A DNA stretch of 32,000 bases from Pyrolobus fumarii 1A (GCF_000223395.1 NC_015931.1:870001-902000); one strand, 5' to 3'; shown: positions 16,976 through 25,570, counted from the stretch's first letter. The notes: generated from the sequence alone by a model not told the origin. Program-made: numbers and translations.

Positions 16976-18100
16976 ATGCAGGCGGGTGGCGGCACGGGCT
17001 CAACAGACATCATAACAATGATATCGCAGTTGATATTCACTATAGTGTTTCTCATGATGTTTCTGGGCGTCAATCAACGTATCCAAGTTGCTCTGTGGGC
17101 TCGTGATGTACGTGGTAAACTGGCTATCCTACGATCCTACGTTGACGATGCTATTTCAAGAGCGGTTGAGTACCTACGCTCGGCTGGGGTTAGAGACCCG
17201 CATAGCCTCGTATCAAGAGTTTCGAGATACTTCATAGTGCATCCGGTTGATATCGAACCAGTGGATATCATCAGAAGGCTTGAGAGGGTGTTGCGCACTA
17301 AGGACGAGACCATACGCTCATGGGTGCTTGATGCACTGCCTCCAGAGAAACGCGGCGACGAGACGCTTGTGAACAACGTGGAGACTCTCGTTGGTATAGC
17401 AGGTGCCCTCGACACTCTATACAGGCTAGTGAGGCATCTCTTCATACTGAGCCTACGCTACAACAACTGGGCACTAATGATGCAGCTGGTTCTTGTAATG
17501 CCAATGTTATTGCGCGTGGCGCGCAGCTATCGTGATGCCGCGCAAGTGGTGAGCGAGGGCAGGCCTATCGGCGACGGCGCTGGCCCGCTCGCAGCGTTCC
17601 TACTTGCCAAGAAGCTTGGTGTAAGCCCCGAAGGCGAGGCTGCACACAACACTGTGTACTATCGTGCCGTCCTAGATGAGCGCGAGGTGTACATAATCAA
17701 GGCCAAGGGGCCGGGCTCTACAGTGGGCAGGCCAGGCGAAGCTGTAGAGAACATAGCAAAGCGCGTTGGTGACAAACTCGCGGCGATAATAACTATCGAT
17801 GCAGTCTTGAAACTTGAGGGAGAGGAGACGGGCGAGGTTGCGATAGGTGCTGGTGTAGCCATGGGTGACCCGGGCCCCGAAAAGATAAAAATTGAGAGAA
17901 TAGCATCGAGACTGCGTATCCCTCTACACGCTATAGGCATAAAGATGTCCATAGAGGAGGCGATAACGGGCATGAGAAAAGAGATAGCAGACGCCGCCTC
18001 GAGAGCAGCAAAGATTGTAGAGGATATTGTGAAGAGTGTGGAGCGTGGTAAGGCGGTTATTGTAGTCGGTGTAGGGAACACTGTTGGTATAGGGCAATAG
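16976..18100 (+). CDS. Archaeal membrane-anchored protein of unknown function (resembles the DUF1512 family, from memory)
   Basis: There is an N-terminal TM helix (ISQLIFTIVFLMMFLGV) followed by a soluble region of about 330 aa. The gene starts 4 nt after the map stop. Confidence 0.55.
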   Translation: MQAGGGTGSTDIITMISQLIFTIVFLMMFLGVNQRIQVALWARDVRGKLAILRSYVDDAISRAVEYLRSAGVRDPHSLVSRVSRYFIVHPVDIEPVDIIRRLERVLRTKDETIRSWVLDALPPEKRGDETLVNNVETLVGIAGALDTLYRLVRHLFILSLRYNNWALMMQLVLVMPMLLRVARSYRDAAQVVSEGRPIGDGAGPLAAFLLAKKLGVSPEGEAAHNTVYYRAVLDEREVYIIKAKGPGSTVGRPGEAVENIAKRVGDKLAAIITIDAVLKLEGEETGEVAIGAGVAMGDPGPEKIKIERIASRLRIPLHAIGIKMSIEEAITGMRKEIADAASRAAKIVEDIVKSVERGKAVIVVGVGNTVGIGQ

Positions 18101-18484
18101 GTGGGAGCGATGGCAACAACCATGCCCTCAACCGATATAGTATCAACCCTAATGGATATGCTTCTTCTAACGTTGATAGTCTTATTCAGCGTCTCTATCC
18201 TACTCGCGACGATGAAGAAGCAGCAGGAGCCGAAGCCGAGACTGAGGACTAGAATCGAGTGTATGAGGTGTGGATACAGGCTTGAAAGGGAATACAGTAA
18301 GGGCGACTATGTAGGCCTCGAAGATGGAGAGTGTCCAAAATGCGGAGGCAAGTTGATCGTGGTTGCTGTTTACGAGGAGAGGCCCGGAGAGAAGGAGGAA
18401 CAGCGCATATTGTCACTGATCGAGAAGACACAGCGCAAGATAAGTACCAGGTTATACTCTCGGCGCATGCAAAGGAAAGGATGA
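18101..18484 (+). CDS. Membrane-anchored zinc-ribbon protein
   Basis: There is a TM helix (LMDMLLLTLIVLFSVSILLATM) followed by CMRCGY ... CPKCGG (CxxC-x18-CxxC). The GTG start abuts the upstream stop. An alternative ATG lies at 18110. Confidence 0.6.
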   Translation: MGAMATTMPSTDIVSTLMDMLLLTLIVLFSVSILLATMKKQQEPKPRLRTRIECMRCGYRLEREYSKGDYVGLEDGECPKCGGKLIVVAVYEERPGEKEEQRILSLIEKTQRKISTRLYSRRMQRKG

Positions 18485-18711
18485 GAGAGCGTCGTGTGAC
18501 AATAGACGAGGTTATAGAAGCTCTGGAAAATCCAGAGCAACTAGTCTATGACAAGCAACGTGATGTGTATATAGCGATGGGCTGGAACGGTGTTGCTGTT
18601 GTGTACGCGCCTAGGGGCATACGCTATGAGGTAGTAACTGTGATGCGCAGGAGGGAGTACGAGGCGCTGTTGAAGAGGCTTGGGAACCGTAGATACAAAA
18701 TCATAGCATGA
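18331..18711 (+). CDS. DUF4258-like small protein (toxin-like fold); start uncertain
   Basis: The sequence ILSAHAKERMRERRVTIDEVIEALENPEQLVYD ... YEVVTVMR fits the DUF4258 pattern. The only in-frame ATGs before SAHA are at 18331 and 18340, inside the zinc-ribbon gene in another frame. ATG 18481 (an ATGA overlap) would remove the SAHAKER segment. Confidence 0.55.
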   Translation: MSKMRRQVDRGCCLRGEARREGGTAHIVTDREDTAQDKYQVILSAHAKERMRERRVTIDEVIEALENPEQLVYDKQRDVYIAMGWNGVAVVYAPRGIRYEVVTVMRRREYEALLKRLGNRRYKIIA

Positions 18712-18788
18712 ATCTGGCGCCGAGATTCTTGCCGTGGGCGCAAACCCTATATCAGCCTCTGGGGTTGAGCCCTTCCTACACGGAGTGT

Positions 18789-18866
18789 GGGCCCGTCGTC
18801 TAGCCTGGTTAGGACGCCGCCCTGACGAGGCGGAGGTCCGGGGTTCAAATCCCCGCGGGCCCACCA
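18789..18866 (+). tRNA. tRNA-Val (anticodon GAC), 3' CCA encoded
   Basis: A hand-folded cloverleaf works. The acceptor is GGGCCCG/CGGGCCC, the D stem GTCT/GGAC, the anticodon arm CCGCC-CTGACGA-GGCGG and the T arm CGGGG-TTCAAAT-CCCCG. The discriminator is A, followed by CCA. Confidence 0.93.
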
Positions 18867-18992
18867 CACGATAACAACAAGCCCTCTCTTGTCACTTCTA
18901 CACATCCTTACCCTCTCAACACTCCATCAAGATAAGACGCCTTTGCTAGTTTGGACCCCATGCCAAGACGCACATTAATAACAACTATAGCA

Positions 18993-18999
18993 ATTATAA
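18993..18999 (+). promoter_or_regulatory. TATA-like box upstream of the GC-rich element at 19031
   Basis: ATTATAA lies about 30 nt upstream of the first G of GGCGGCGG. Confidence 0.25.
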
Positions 19000-19030
19000 C
19001 CTGATGCTACTGTAAGAAGCTTGTAGTATT

Positions 19031-19106
19031 GGCGGCGGACGGCTGAGCCACGGCGCCCGCCCATCCACGCCCGGGGTGACGCCCCGGCGTAGCGGGCGGC
19101 GCCCCC
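19031..19106. ncRNA. Very GC-rich 76-nt hairpin element in an AT-rich spacer (unclassified sRNA candidate)
   Basis: The inner stem 19067-19076 / 19082-19090 has 9 bp with one bulged C and the loop TGACG. The outer stem GGCGCC (19052-19057) / GGCGCC (19098-19103) has further pairs. The flanks are AT-rich and free of ORFs. Confidence 0.3.
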
Positions 19107-19172
19107 ATCGTATCATAGTTATGAGAAGATGGGTAACCAGCTTTGAGGATTAGAACTTAACTTTGCTGTTTT

Positions 19173-19766
19173 CTAGGTTACAAGGTTCGTAAGCAAGTCT
19201 TTCAAGTGGGGTTCTAGTTTGAGAAGTCGTGACAATATCTCATCGTGATTATCGTCTATGTCTGTGATGTCCCGGAGTGTGCCACTTGCTTCTATGCTAA
19301 AAGGCCTATAATAGATGCCTGAGATCCTAGCATCCTTTACTATCTTCTCTAGGTCCTCGCGTAACAATGATGCTATTGACGTCTCTAGGTTGTCTTCGGG
19401 GTTGACACGTACTCTTGGCAGTCTAGAGGGGAATAGTAGTCTCTCTTTGATCACTCTCGCGTAGGCCCACACGCCGCTGCCAACGCCTCTAACCTCTATG
19501 CGCCATGACGCTCGTCCATTGCCTCTACACGAGGCTAGGGCTTCACGTATTGCCGTGTGGGGGTCTCTGGATGGTTTTGCGAGAATCCCGCGTGGTTTAC
19601 CATTCTTTGGCTCCAGAGTGATCCGTGTGAATCCCAATAGTTTCCTGCAGCCCGAGGCTCTAGGCGAAATATACAGTTCATAGTAGAGGTTTGCAGCTAG
19701 CCTAGCATATGGTATCCACACTATCGTCCTGGTGTTACCCGATGCAGGCCAGTGACCTACGTGCAT
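19173..19766 (-). CDS. Hypothetical protein (197 aa), no recognisable motif
   Basis: An ATG-initiated ORF divergent from the ABC permease gene. I recognised no family signature. Confidence 0.45.
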   Translation of the reverse strand: MHVGHWPASGNTRTIVWIPYARLAANLYYELYISPRASGCRKLLGFTRITLEPKNGKPRGILAKPSRDPHTAIREALASCRGNGRASWRIEVRGVGSGVWAYARVIKERLLFPSRLPRVRVNPEDNLETSIASLLREDLEKIVKDARISGIYYRPFSIEASGTLRDITDIDDNHDEILSRLLKLEPHLKDLLTNLVT

Positions 19767-19821
19767 TGCAATTACCCGGGACTAAGCCTTAAGGGGGTCT
19801 TTATTGCTTCCCACCGCGCGG

Positions 19822-20862
19822 ATGAGCATCATGCGATGGTTGGTCACGAAGGCGTTAACGATACCAATTGTATTGTTTGTTGTTGTGTCGATCCTTGTGG
19901 CGTTGACAACGCCAATTCTCGACCAGATAATGATGAAGAGTATTGAAGTCGAGATTAGGAGAGCTATATTCACGAACCCGCAGTATGCCAACGTACCTAT
20001 GGAAATCAAGCTCCAGATGGCGGAGAGAATGAAGGAGGAGCTGATCAAAGCACTTGGTCTCGACCAGCCTTGGTATGTAAAGATGATAAAGTATACGTTT
20101 AGCTTGTTAACCTTCCAACCTATTTATGCTAGGGTCCTCACAACTAGGATAATAAACCCTGGTAGCCCCGACGCGTACCTCATAGTTCTTGAAAGGATAC
20201 CATTCACAGTGTACCTGTTCACCACGTCCAGCATATTGACGATGGCACTTGCCATACCACTTGGCCTGCTTGCTGCAAGGCGGCCGGGCGGCATCATTGA
20301 TAGGATGATATCGACGTGGTCGATATTCAGTATTAGCATGCCCTGGTGGTGGGTGGCAATGGTGATGATATGGGTGTTTGCTTACCAGCTTCGCATATTC
20401 CCTGGCCCGGAGTATCAGACGGACTGGACCAATCCAGTTAGCGTAGCGTATCGTGCAGCCTTACCGGTGTTGACGATAACCCTGACATCCACGGGCGTCG
20501 TGGCATACCGCATAAGAAGTATACTGCTAGATATACTGACTGAAGACTTTGTTATGACAGAGAGAGCGAAGGGTGTGCCAGAGCGTATGCTCCTCTTCAA
20601 GCACGTATTGCGTGTAGCCGCGCCACCAATAGTAACGATGGTTCTGCTAACCATCGTCCTGAGTATTGTGAGTGGTGCGATACTCACGGAGGCCGTGTTC
20701 AACTGGTTCGGCCTGGGTACGCTTTACTGGGAGGCAGTCGTCTCGAACGACATACCAGTTATCCTCGTCCTCACGTACATATCGACATTGCTCTACCTGA
20801 TTACGAGGTTCGTGCTAGATATACTCTATACAATACTTGACCCGAGGATTAGGCGCGCGTAG
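19822..20862 (+). CDS. ABC transporter permease, peptide/oligopeptide type (DppB/OppB-like)
   Basis: It has 6 or more hydrophobic segments and an EAA-like loop (TERAKGVPERMLLFKHVLR). The C-terminal ILDPRIRRA is typical of DppB-type permeases. The start is ATG 19822 or 19831. Confidence 0.85.
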   Translation: MSIMRWLVTKALTIPIVLFVVVSILVALTTPILDQIMMKSIEVEIRRAIFTNPQYANVPMEIKLQMAERMKEELIKALGLDQPWYVKMIKYTFSLLTFQPIYARVLTTRIINPGSPDAYLIVLERIPFTVYLFTTSSILTMALAIPLGLLAARRPGGIIDRMISTWSIFSISMPWWWVAMVMIWVFAYQLRIFPGPEYQTDWTNPVSVAYRAALPVLTITLTSTGVVAYRIRSILLDILTEDFVMTERAKGVPERMLLFKHVLRVAAPPIVTMVLLTIVLSIVSGAILTEAVFNWFGLGTLYWEAVVSNDIPVILVLTYISTLLYLITRFVLDILYTILDPRIRRA

Positions 20863-20874
20863 GGGTGAGAGTCA

Positions 20875-22323
20875 ATGGCGTGGCACGTGTTGCGTGAGGT
20901 GCTGCACTCTTGGAGTGGCAAAGTGGCGATAGCATTGCTGCTCATACAATTAGCGTTAGCTGTGTATGTAGTGGTGTTCACAGACTATGCGAAGCTCTCG
21001 AGGCTGTATTTGGATGAGAATGCGTGGATTGGTAGGTATCCTCTTCATGTGCCGCCGTGCTGGGCTGTGTCGAAGCACGCGCAGGAGGTAGAGTTGGTGC
21101 TCGATACTAGCAGTGCAGAACCGTTCAACATTACCATTAAGCGCCTAAAGAAGTATACTGTGTACAATATCACGTGGATTGGCGAGCTAAAGTATGAGGG
21201 TGATGCGCCGCCAAGCGACACGCTCATGCTACTGGTGGTGAATAGAAGCGGAACATTGCGTGGCTTCAAACTCGGCCTTGTAATAGAGAGGCCGGATGGG
21301 CTGCGAATACCGCTGCTATACAGGGTGCCGGTGCCGCAAGAGAGCGTAGTGGTCATCGGTGTGGATCGTGAGACGCCACAGCTACTGTCAACAGTGCAGC
21401 CAGAATCGCCTCTATACAAGGTGATAATGGACAGTGTTGCCAGCGTATTCGAGGCTGGCAACGCGACGAGAATGAAGCTTGTCGAGATGGGGCTAGGCCA
21501 GATACTATGGATAGGTAGAGACTTTGAGCCGGTACGTGGAGTGTACAAGATCAAGCTAAGCGTGTTCTTCGTGGCAAAGGGAGAGGCGGATCTGCAGCAT
21601 GATATGCACGTATATTTCGTGCTTAGGACTCTCGGTAATTGCTATGGGCTGATGGGGACCGATAGCGTAGGCAGGCCGATAGAGCTAGGTATACTAGTGG
21701 GGCTCCCCTGGTCCTTCGTCATAAGCATTTACGTGTCCTTCCTATCAGTGATGATCGGCGGCCTATACGGTATAGCTGCAGGGTTAGCGAGGGGTTGGAA
21801 AGGCGAGCTGCTTATGAGGATTGTAGATGTAGTCTACTCTATACCGATCCTACCAATACTAATAGTTGTCATAATGGCTACAAAAAGCTACTCGATATGG
21901 CTTATAATGACGGTCATGATCGCCTTTCTGTGGAGCATGCCGGTGGTCGTTGTTAGGAGTATGACATTGCAGATAAGAGAGCAACCATATATCGAAACAG
22001 CTAAAGCCATAGGTGTTGGCACGCTCAGAATAATCTTCCGTTATGTACTGCCACAAGTGATGCCATACCTGGTGACGTTAATGGTGCTAGGTATCCCTGA
22101 CCCAATCCTAACAGAGGCTGCACTAGCATTCCTAGGTTTGAGCGACCCCACGGTACCCACGTGGGGTAAGATGCTAGAATGGGCGTGGAACGAGCACGCA
22201 GTGATCAACGGATGGTGGTGGAGCTTCATCTTCCCAGGTCTTGCCCTCACTGTGTTCTGTGCGACATTCCTGCTACTTGGTAGAGCGCTGGAGCCAATCG
22301 TTGCCCCAAAGATAAGGCGGTAA
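20875..22323 (+). CDS. ABC transporter permease (DppC/OppC-like) with a long extracytoplasmic insertion after TM1
   Basis: The C-terminal half is a typical OppC core (YIETAKAIGVGTLRIIFRYVLPQV). About 230 residues between TM1 and the core have no counterpart in standard OppC proteins. Confidence 0.85.
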   Translation: MAWHVLREVLHSWSGKVAIALLLIQLALAVYVVVFTDYAKLSRLYLDENAWIGRYPLHVPPCWAVSKHAQEVELVLDTSSAEPFNITIKRLKKYTVYNITWIGELKYEGDAPPSDTLMLLVVNRSGTLRGFKLGLVIERPDGLRIPLLYRVPVPQESVVVIGVDRETPQLLSTVQPESPLYKVIMDSVASVFEAGNATRMKLVEMGLGQILWIGRDFEPVRGVYKIKLSVFFVAKGEADLQHDMHVYFVLRTLGNCYGLMGTDSVGRPIELGILVGLPWSFVISIYVSFLSVMIGGLYGIAAGLARGWKGELLMRIVDVVYSIPILPILIVVIMATKSYSIWLIMTVMIAFLWSMPVVVVRSMTLQIREQPYIETAKAIGVGTLRIIFRYVLPQVMPYLVTLMVLGIPDPILTEAALAFLGLSDPTVPTWGKMLEWAWNEHAVINGWWWSFIFPGLALTVFCATFLLLGRALEPIVAPKIRR

Positions 22324-22440
22324 CGCCTCATTTTTCTCCAATTAGGATATTATCAAGAGTGTTAAACAGTGGGTTTAGCGACCTACACGGACCCACTTTA
22401 TACCCCCCTTTCTAAGGGGGCCTGCTTAGCGGGTGATAGT

Positions 22441-25089
22441 GTGCAGCGGCTGATGGCCGCTTTAGTGCTACTCCTTATCACGATTCCGACCCTAGGCATA
22501 CTCGTCCACGCCCAGGGTCAAGAGCAGTTAGTCGAGAAGATAGTCGTGATGAGAATCACTGAGGACGACCCTGCCATACAGAGCCTACTGTCTGGCGACA
22601 CACAAGCCAGGCTATTCAGGATACGCGACCCCAACCTTGCTAAGAAGATGATGGCACAAGGCTTCAAGGTCGTGGCGCCGCTCAGCGGTCTAGTGGACAT
22701 ACTGGTTAACCCAGTTCAGTGCAGAGATGGTAGCTTCAACCCATTCACAATCCCAGAGGTGAGATACGCGCTCAACTTCATAATCAACAGGAAGGAGATC
22801 GCCAACGAGATATACAAGGGTGCTGCAGTCCCTGCTATCATACCCTACTCTGAGGTCGACCCAGACTACATCAAACTACTACCAGTAGCAGCCAAGTACG
22901 AGGTCGAGTTCGCCAAGGGCTTTGAGTATGCCAAGAAGCTGATCACGGAGGCTATGGAGAAGGCTGGCGCGAAGCTAGTCGACGGCAAGTGGTACTACAA
23001 TGGCAAGCCAGTGACAATCAAGTTCGTGATTAGGATTGAGGACGAGAGGAAACAGGTTGGCGAGTATGTTGCGAAGAAGCTAGAGGAACTTGGATTCACT
23101 GTTGAGAAGATATACAAGGACTTCAGAGGCGCCTTCGACGTAGTGTATGGCGATGACCCAGGCAAGTGTCAGTGGCACCTTTACACCGAGGGCTGGGGCT
23201 TCACCGGCATGACTGCCTACGACCATGATACCGCTGTTGCCTTCTTCAGCAGCCTGTACGGCTTCCAGCCGGGCTGGGGCGAAGCCAGCTACGTCAACTA
23301 CTACCCACCCAAGGAGATAAACGACACTGCCGAGAAGCTCGTAAAGGGCGAGTACAAGACACCTGAGGAGTACTGGGCACTATACAGAAAGCTCGTTGAC
23401 CTAGGCATCCGCGACTCCGTAAGAGTGTTCGTCGTCTGGACTAGGGACTTCTACATAATCAACCCGAACGTCAAGGGCATCATAGAGTCTCCCAAGGCAT
23501 CCCCATGGAACACCTGGACCTACCTCAACCTACACTACACTGGCCCCGAGGTGAAGTTCAGCAACAGGTACGTCTACTCGCAGGGCTGGCCATGGAACCC
23601 AGTCGGTGGCTTCCAGGACCTATACAGCGTGACTAGTGTGGCCACTGCAATATACCTACCAGGTATAACCAGCAAGCCGACCACGGGCGAGCCCGGCTGG
23701 AGCCTAATCGCGAGCTTCAAGGTAGAGCGTGGTAACCCTGTCGTAAAGGTCCCAGAGGACGCGATCACCTGGGACCCGGAGAAACACGCCTGGGTCAGCG
23801 CTGGCGGCAAGGTAGCCAAGAACGCTGTTGTGATAAACTATAAGCTACTAGGTAAGCTCAAGTTCCACGATGGGAGTACCGAGACAATCGCAGACCTCCT
23901 AGCGATGATCTACCTAATCAAGGAGTGGAGTTCACAGGCGGGCGAGGGCGACACTAGGTACGAGAGCGCGCTAGCATCCCAGTATGCGCCGTTCCTAACG
24001 AACTTCGTTGCTGTGAAGGTGATCAACGAGACTGCTGTTATAGTCTATACGAACTTCACCCACATGGACGACGGTATTGTGGCACAGCAGGCCGACATCT
24101 GGACCGGCACGCCGCTAGAGCTATACCTCGCAATGGAGAAGCTTGTTGAGGCTGGCGAGGCGGCGTTCACGATGAGTGGCGCCAAGGCTGCGAACAAGCC
24201 GGCAGTACACCTAGTGAGCAAGGACCAGTGCGAGAAGATGGCTGCGATGCTACGCGAGATCATCGAGAAGAAGGAGATGCCCGACTGGGTCAAGGGCCTA
24301 ATCGACCTAGGCTACCTAACGGCCGATGAGTTCTACAAGAGGCTAGAGAACCTCCTCAACTTCTACGAGAAGTATGGCCACATGCTAGTCGGTAACGGCC
24401 CGTTTATGCTAGAATCCTATGACGCTGCAAACGACGTTGCAACCCTAGTACGCGTGCCGGACTACCCAATAAGCCCAGAGCAGGTAGCCAAGGAGCTAGG
24501 CAAGCATGTCGCCAGGGTCGAGGCAGTGCAGCTAATCAATGAGGGTATAATCGAGGTCGCCGAGCCTGGCACGCCCGTCGCTAAGATAAAGGTGAGCGTT
24601 GATGGCAAACCGGCAGCCGCCAAGGCGGTCAAGGTCTACGCGATGGCAGTATCCGAGAAGGGCGACGTTGTAATGCTAGACGCGAAGTATGTGAAGCCTG
24701 GCATCTTCGAGATAGTCCTAAAGAAGCCGCTGCCAGAGGGCGATTACAAGCTAGTGATCTACGTCTACCCAGCCGGTTACAGCCAGCCTGCCAAGGCTAT
24801 TGCGAGCATAACCGTACTCATGGCTCCTGAGGAGACGACGACTACAACAACTACACCGGCAACAGAGACCGTAACCACTACCAAGCCCGCCGAAACGGCT
24901 GCTCCGGCAACAACGACCGTGACAGTGACGAAGACCACCACCGAGACTGTCGTAAAGACTAGCGTAAGCACCGTGACCACGACAGTAACTGAGACCGTAC
25001 AGACCGGCAATACTGGAATGATGGCTGCTGCAGCAGTTGCTGCACTGATAGTGGGTCTCGCCATAGGCTACCTCGTCAAGAGAAGCTAA
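22441..25089 (+). CDS. ABC transporter substrate-binding protein, family 5 (peptide/oligosaccharide type), with a Thr-rich stalk and C-terminal TM anchor
   Basis: A signal-like N-terminus (VQRLMAALVLLLITIPTLGILVHAQG) is followed by a large SBP_bac_5-like body, a Thr-rich linker and a terminal hydrophobic helix ending in KRS. The start could be 22369, 22441 (GTG) or 22453 (ATG). Confidence 0.85.
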   Translation: MQRLMAALVLLLITIPTLGILVHAQGQEQLVEKIVVMRITEDDPAIQSLLSGDTQARLFRIRDPNLAKKMMAQGFKVVAPLSGLVDILVNPVQCRDGSFNPFTIPEVRYALNFIINRKEIANEIYKGAAVPAIIPYSEVDPDYIKLLPVAAKYEVEFAKGFEYAKKLITEAMEKAGAKLVDGKWYYNGKPVTIKFVIRIEDERKQVGEYVAKKLEELGFTVEKIYKDFRGAFDVVYGDDPGKCQWHLYTEGWGFTGMTAYDHDTAVAFFSSLYGFQPGWGEASYVNYYPPKEINDTAEKLVKGEYKTPEEYWALYRKLVDLGIRDSVRVFVVWTRDFYIINPNVKGIIESPKASPWNTWTYLNLHYTGPEVKFSNRYVYSQGWPWNPVGGFQDLYSVTSVATAIYLPGITSKPTTGEPGWSLIASFKVERGNPVVKVPEDAITWDPEKHAWVSAGGKVAKNAVVINYKLLGKLKFHDGSTETIADLLAMIYLIKEWSSQAGEGDTRYESALASQYAPFLTNFVAVKVINETAVIVYTNFTHMDDGIVAQQADIWTGTPLELYLAMEKLVEAGEAAFTMSGAKAANKPAVHLVSKDQCEKMAAMLREIIEKKEMPDWVKGLIDLGYLTADEFYKRLENLLNFYEKYGHMLVGNGPFMLESYDAANDVATLVRVPDYPISPEQVAKELGKHVARVEAVQLINEGIIEVAEPGTPVAKIKVSVDGKPAAAKAVKVYAMAVSEKGDVVMLDAKYVKPGIFEIVLKKPLPEGDYKLVIYVYPAGYSQPAKAIASITVLMAPEETTTTTTTPATETVTTTKPAETAAPATTTVTVTKTTTETVVKTSVSTVTTTVTETVQTGNTGMMAAAAVAALIVGLAIGYLVKRS
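24835..25005 (+). repeat. Low-complexity Thr/Val/Pro-rich coding repeat (stalk of the binding protein)
   Basis: The encoded peptide is TTTTTTTPATETVTTTKPAETAAPATTTVTVTKTTTETVVKTSVSTVTTTVTETV, from ACN-rich codon runs. Confidence 0.8.
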
Positions 25090-25425
25090 ACTAGAGTTAT
25101 CATAGACTGATTAACTCCAAACTATTTTTACAAGACGTCCTATCTTCACTCCTCTCCATTTTATTCTATCCTCTGATCATTTTGTGAAGCAGGGTGCGTA
25201 ATACTACATTAGTTGGTGTTCTTATTCGACCTCCTCTACTGTGAGGTGTGAGAAGCGTGTTTGCGAGATGCCTGGATAGCTAGGTAAAGGTGGACAATAG
25301 CTCCCGTTTATCTTTAAACGATTGTATTGGAGCTATGAAGTTCGAGACATGGTTTTGGTCTCGGGATAGGCCACCTAGAGTATGGTAGCGGCGCCATCCC
25401 CGGAAGTGATCTTAGAAGTGATGGA

Positions 25426-25513
25426 TGGCGCCGGGGGCGGGATTCGAACCCGCGCGGGGGTAGCCCCCACCGGCTCTCAAGGCCGGCCCCTTAGGCCGCT
25501 CGGGCACCCCGGC
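25426..25513 (-). tRNA. tRNA-Ser (anticodon UGA), class II with a long variable arm, 3' CCA encoded
   Basis: On the minus strand the acceptor is GCCGGGG/CCCCGGC and the anticodon arm is CCGGC-CTTGAGA-GCCGG. The variable arm is GGGGG-CTA-CCCCC and the T arm GCGGG-TTCGAAT-CCCGC. The discriminator is G, followed by CCA. Confidence 0.93.
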
Positions 25514-25570
25514 ACCAGGCCAGGACGTACTCCTGGATATCTGGGGAGTTGGGCGCCTCTTAGGTTTTCC

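Noticed and set aside
19031-19106. H/ACA guide RNA assignment for the GC-rich hairpin.
   Set aside because: The architecture is suggestive, but no ACA/ANA box follows the lower stem (the flank is CCCATC). The apical loop TGACG lacks the tandem GA needed for a K-loop. I reported it only as an unclassified sRNA candidate.
18867-19766. An integrated mobile element or att site downstream of tRNA-Val, suggested by an orphan 197-aa ORF and an AT-rich spacer.
   Set aside because: There is no integrase, transposase or viral gene. I could find no direct repeat of the tRNA-Val 3' half anywhere downstream in the window.
24835-25005. An ACN-rich repetitive DNA stretch that could be mistaken for a tandem repeat or array.
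   Set aside because: It is in frame within the binding-protein gene and encodes a Thr/Val/Pro stalk before a TM anchor. The repeats are irregular and have no spacer structure, so it is not a CRISPR or satellite array.
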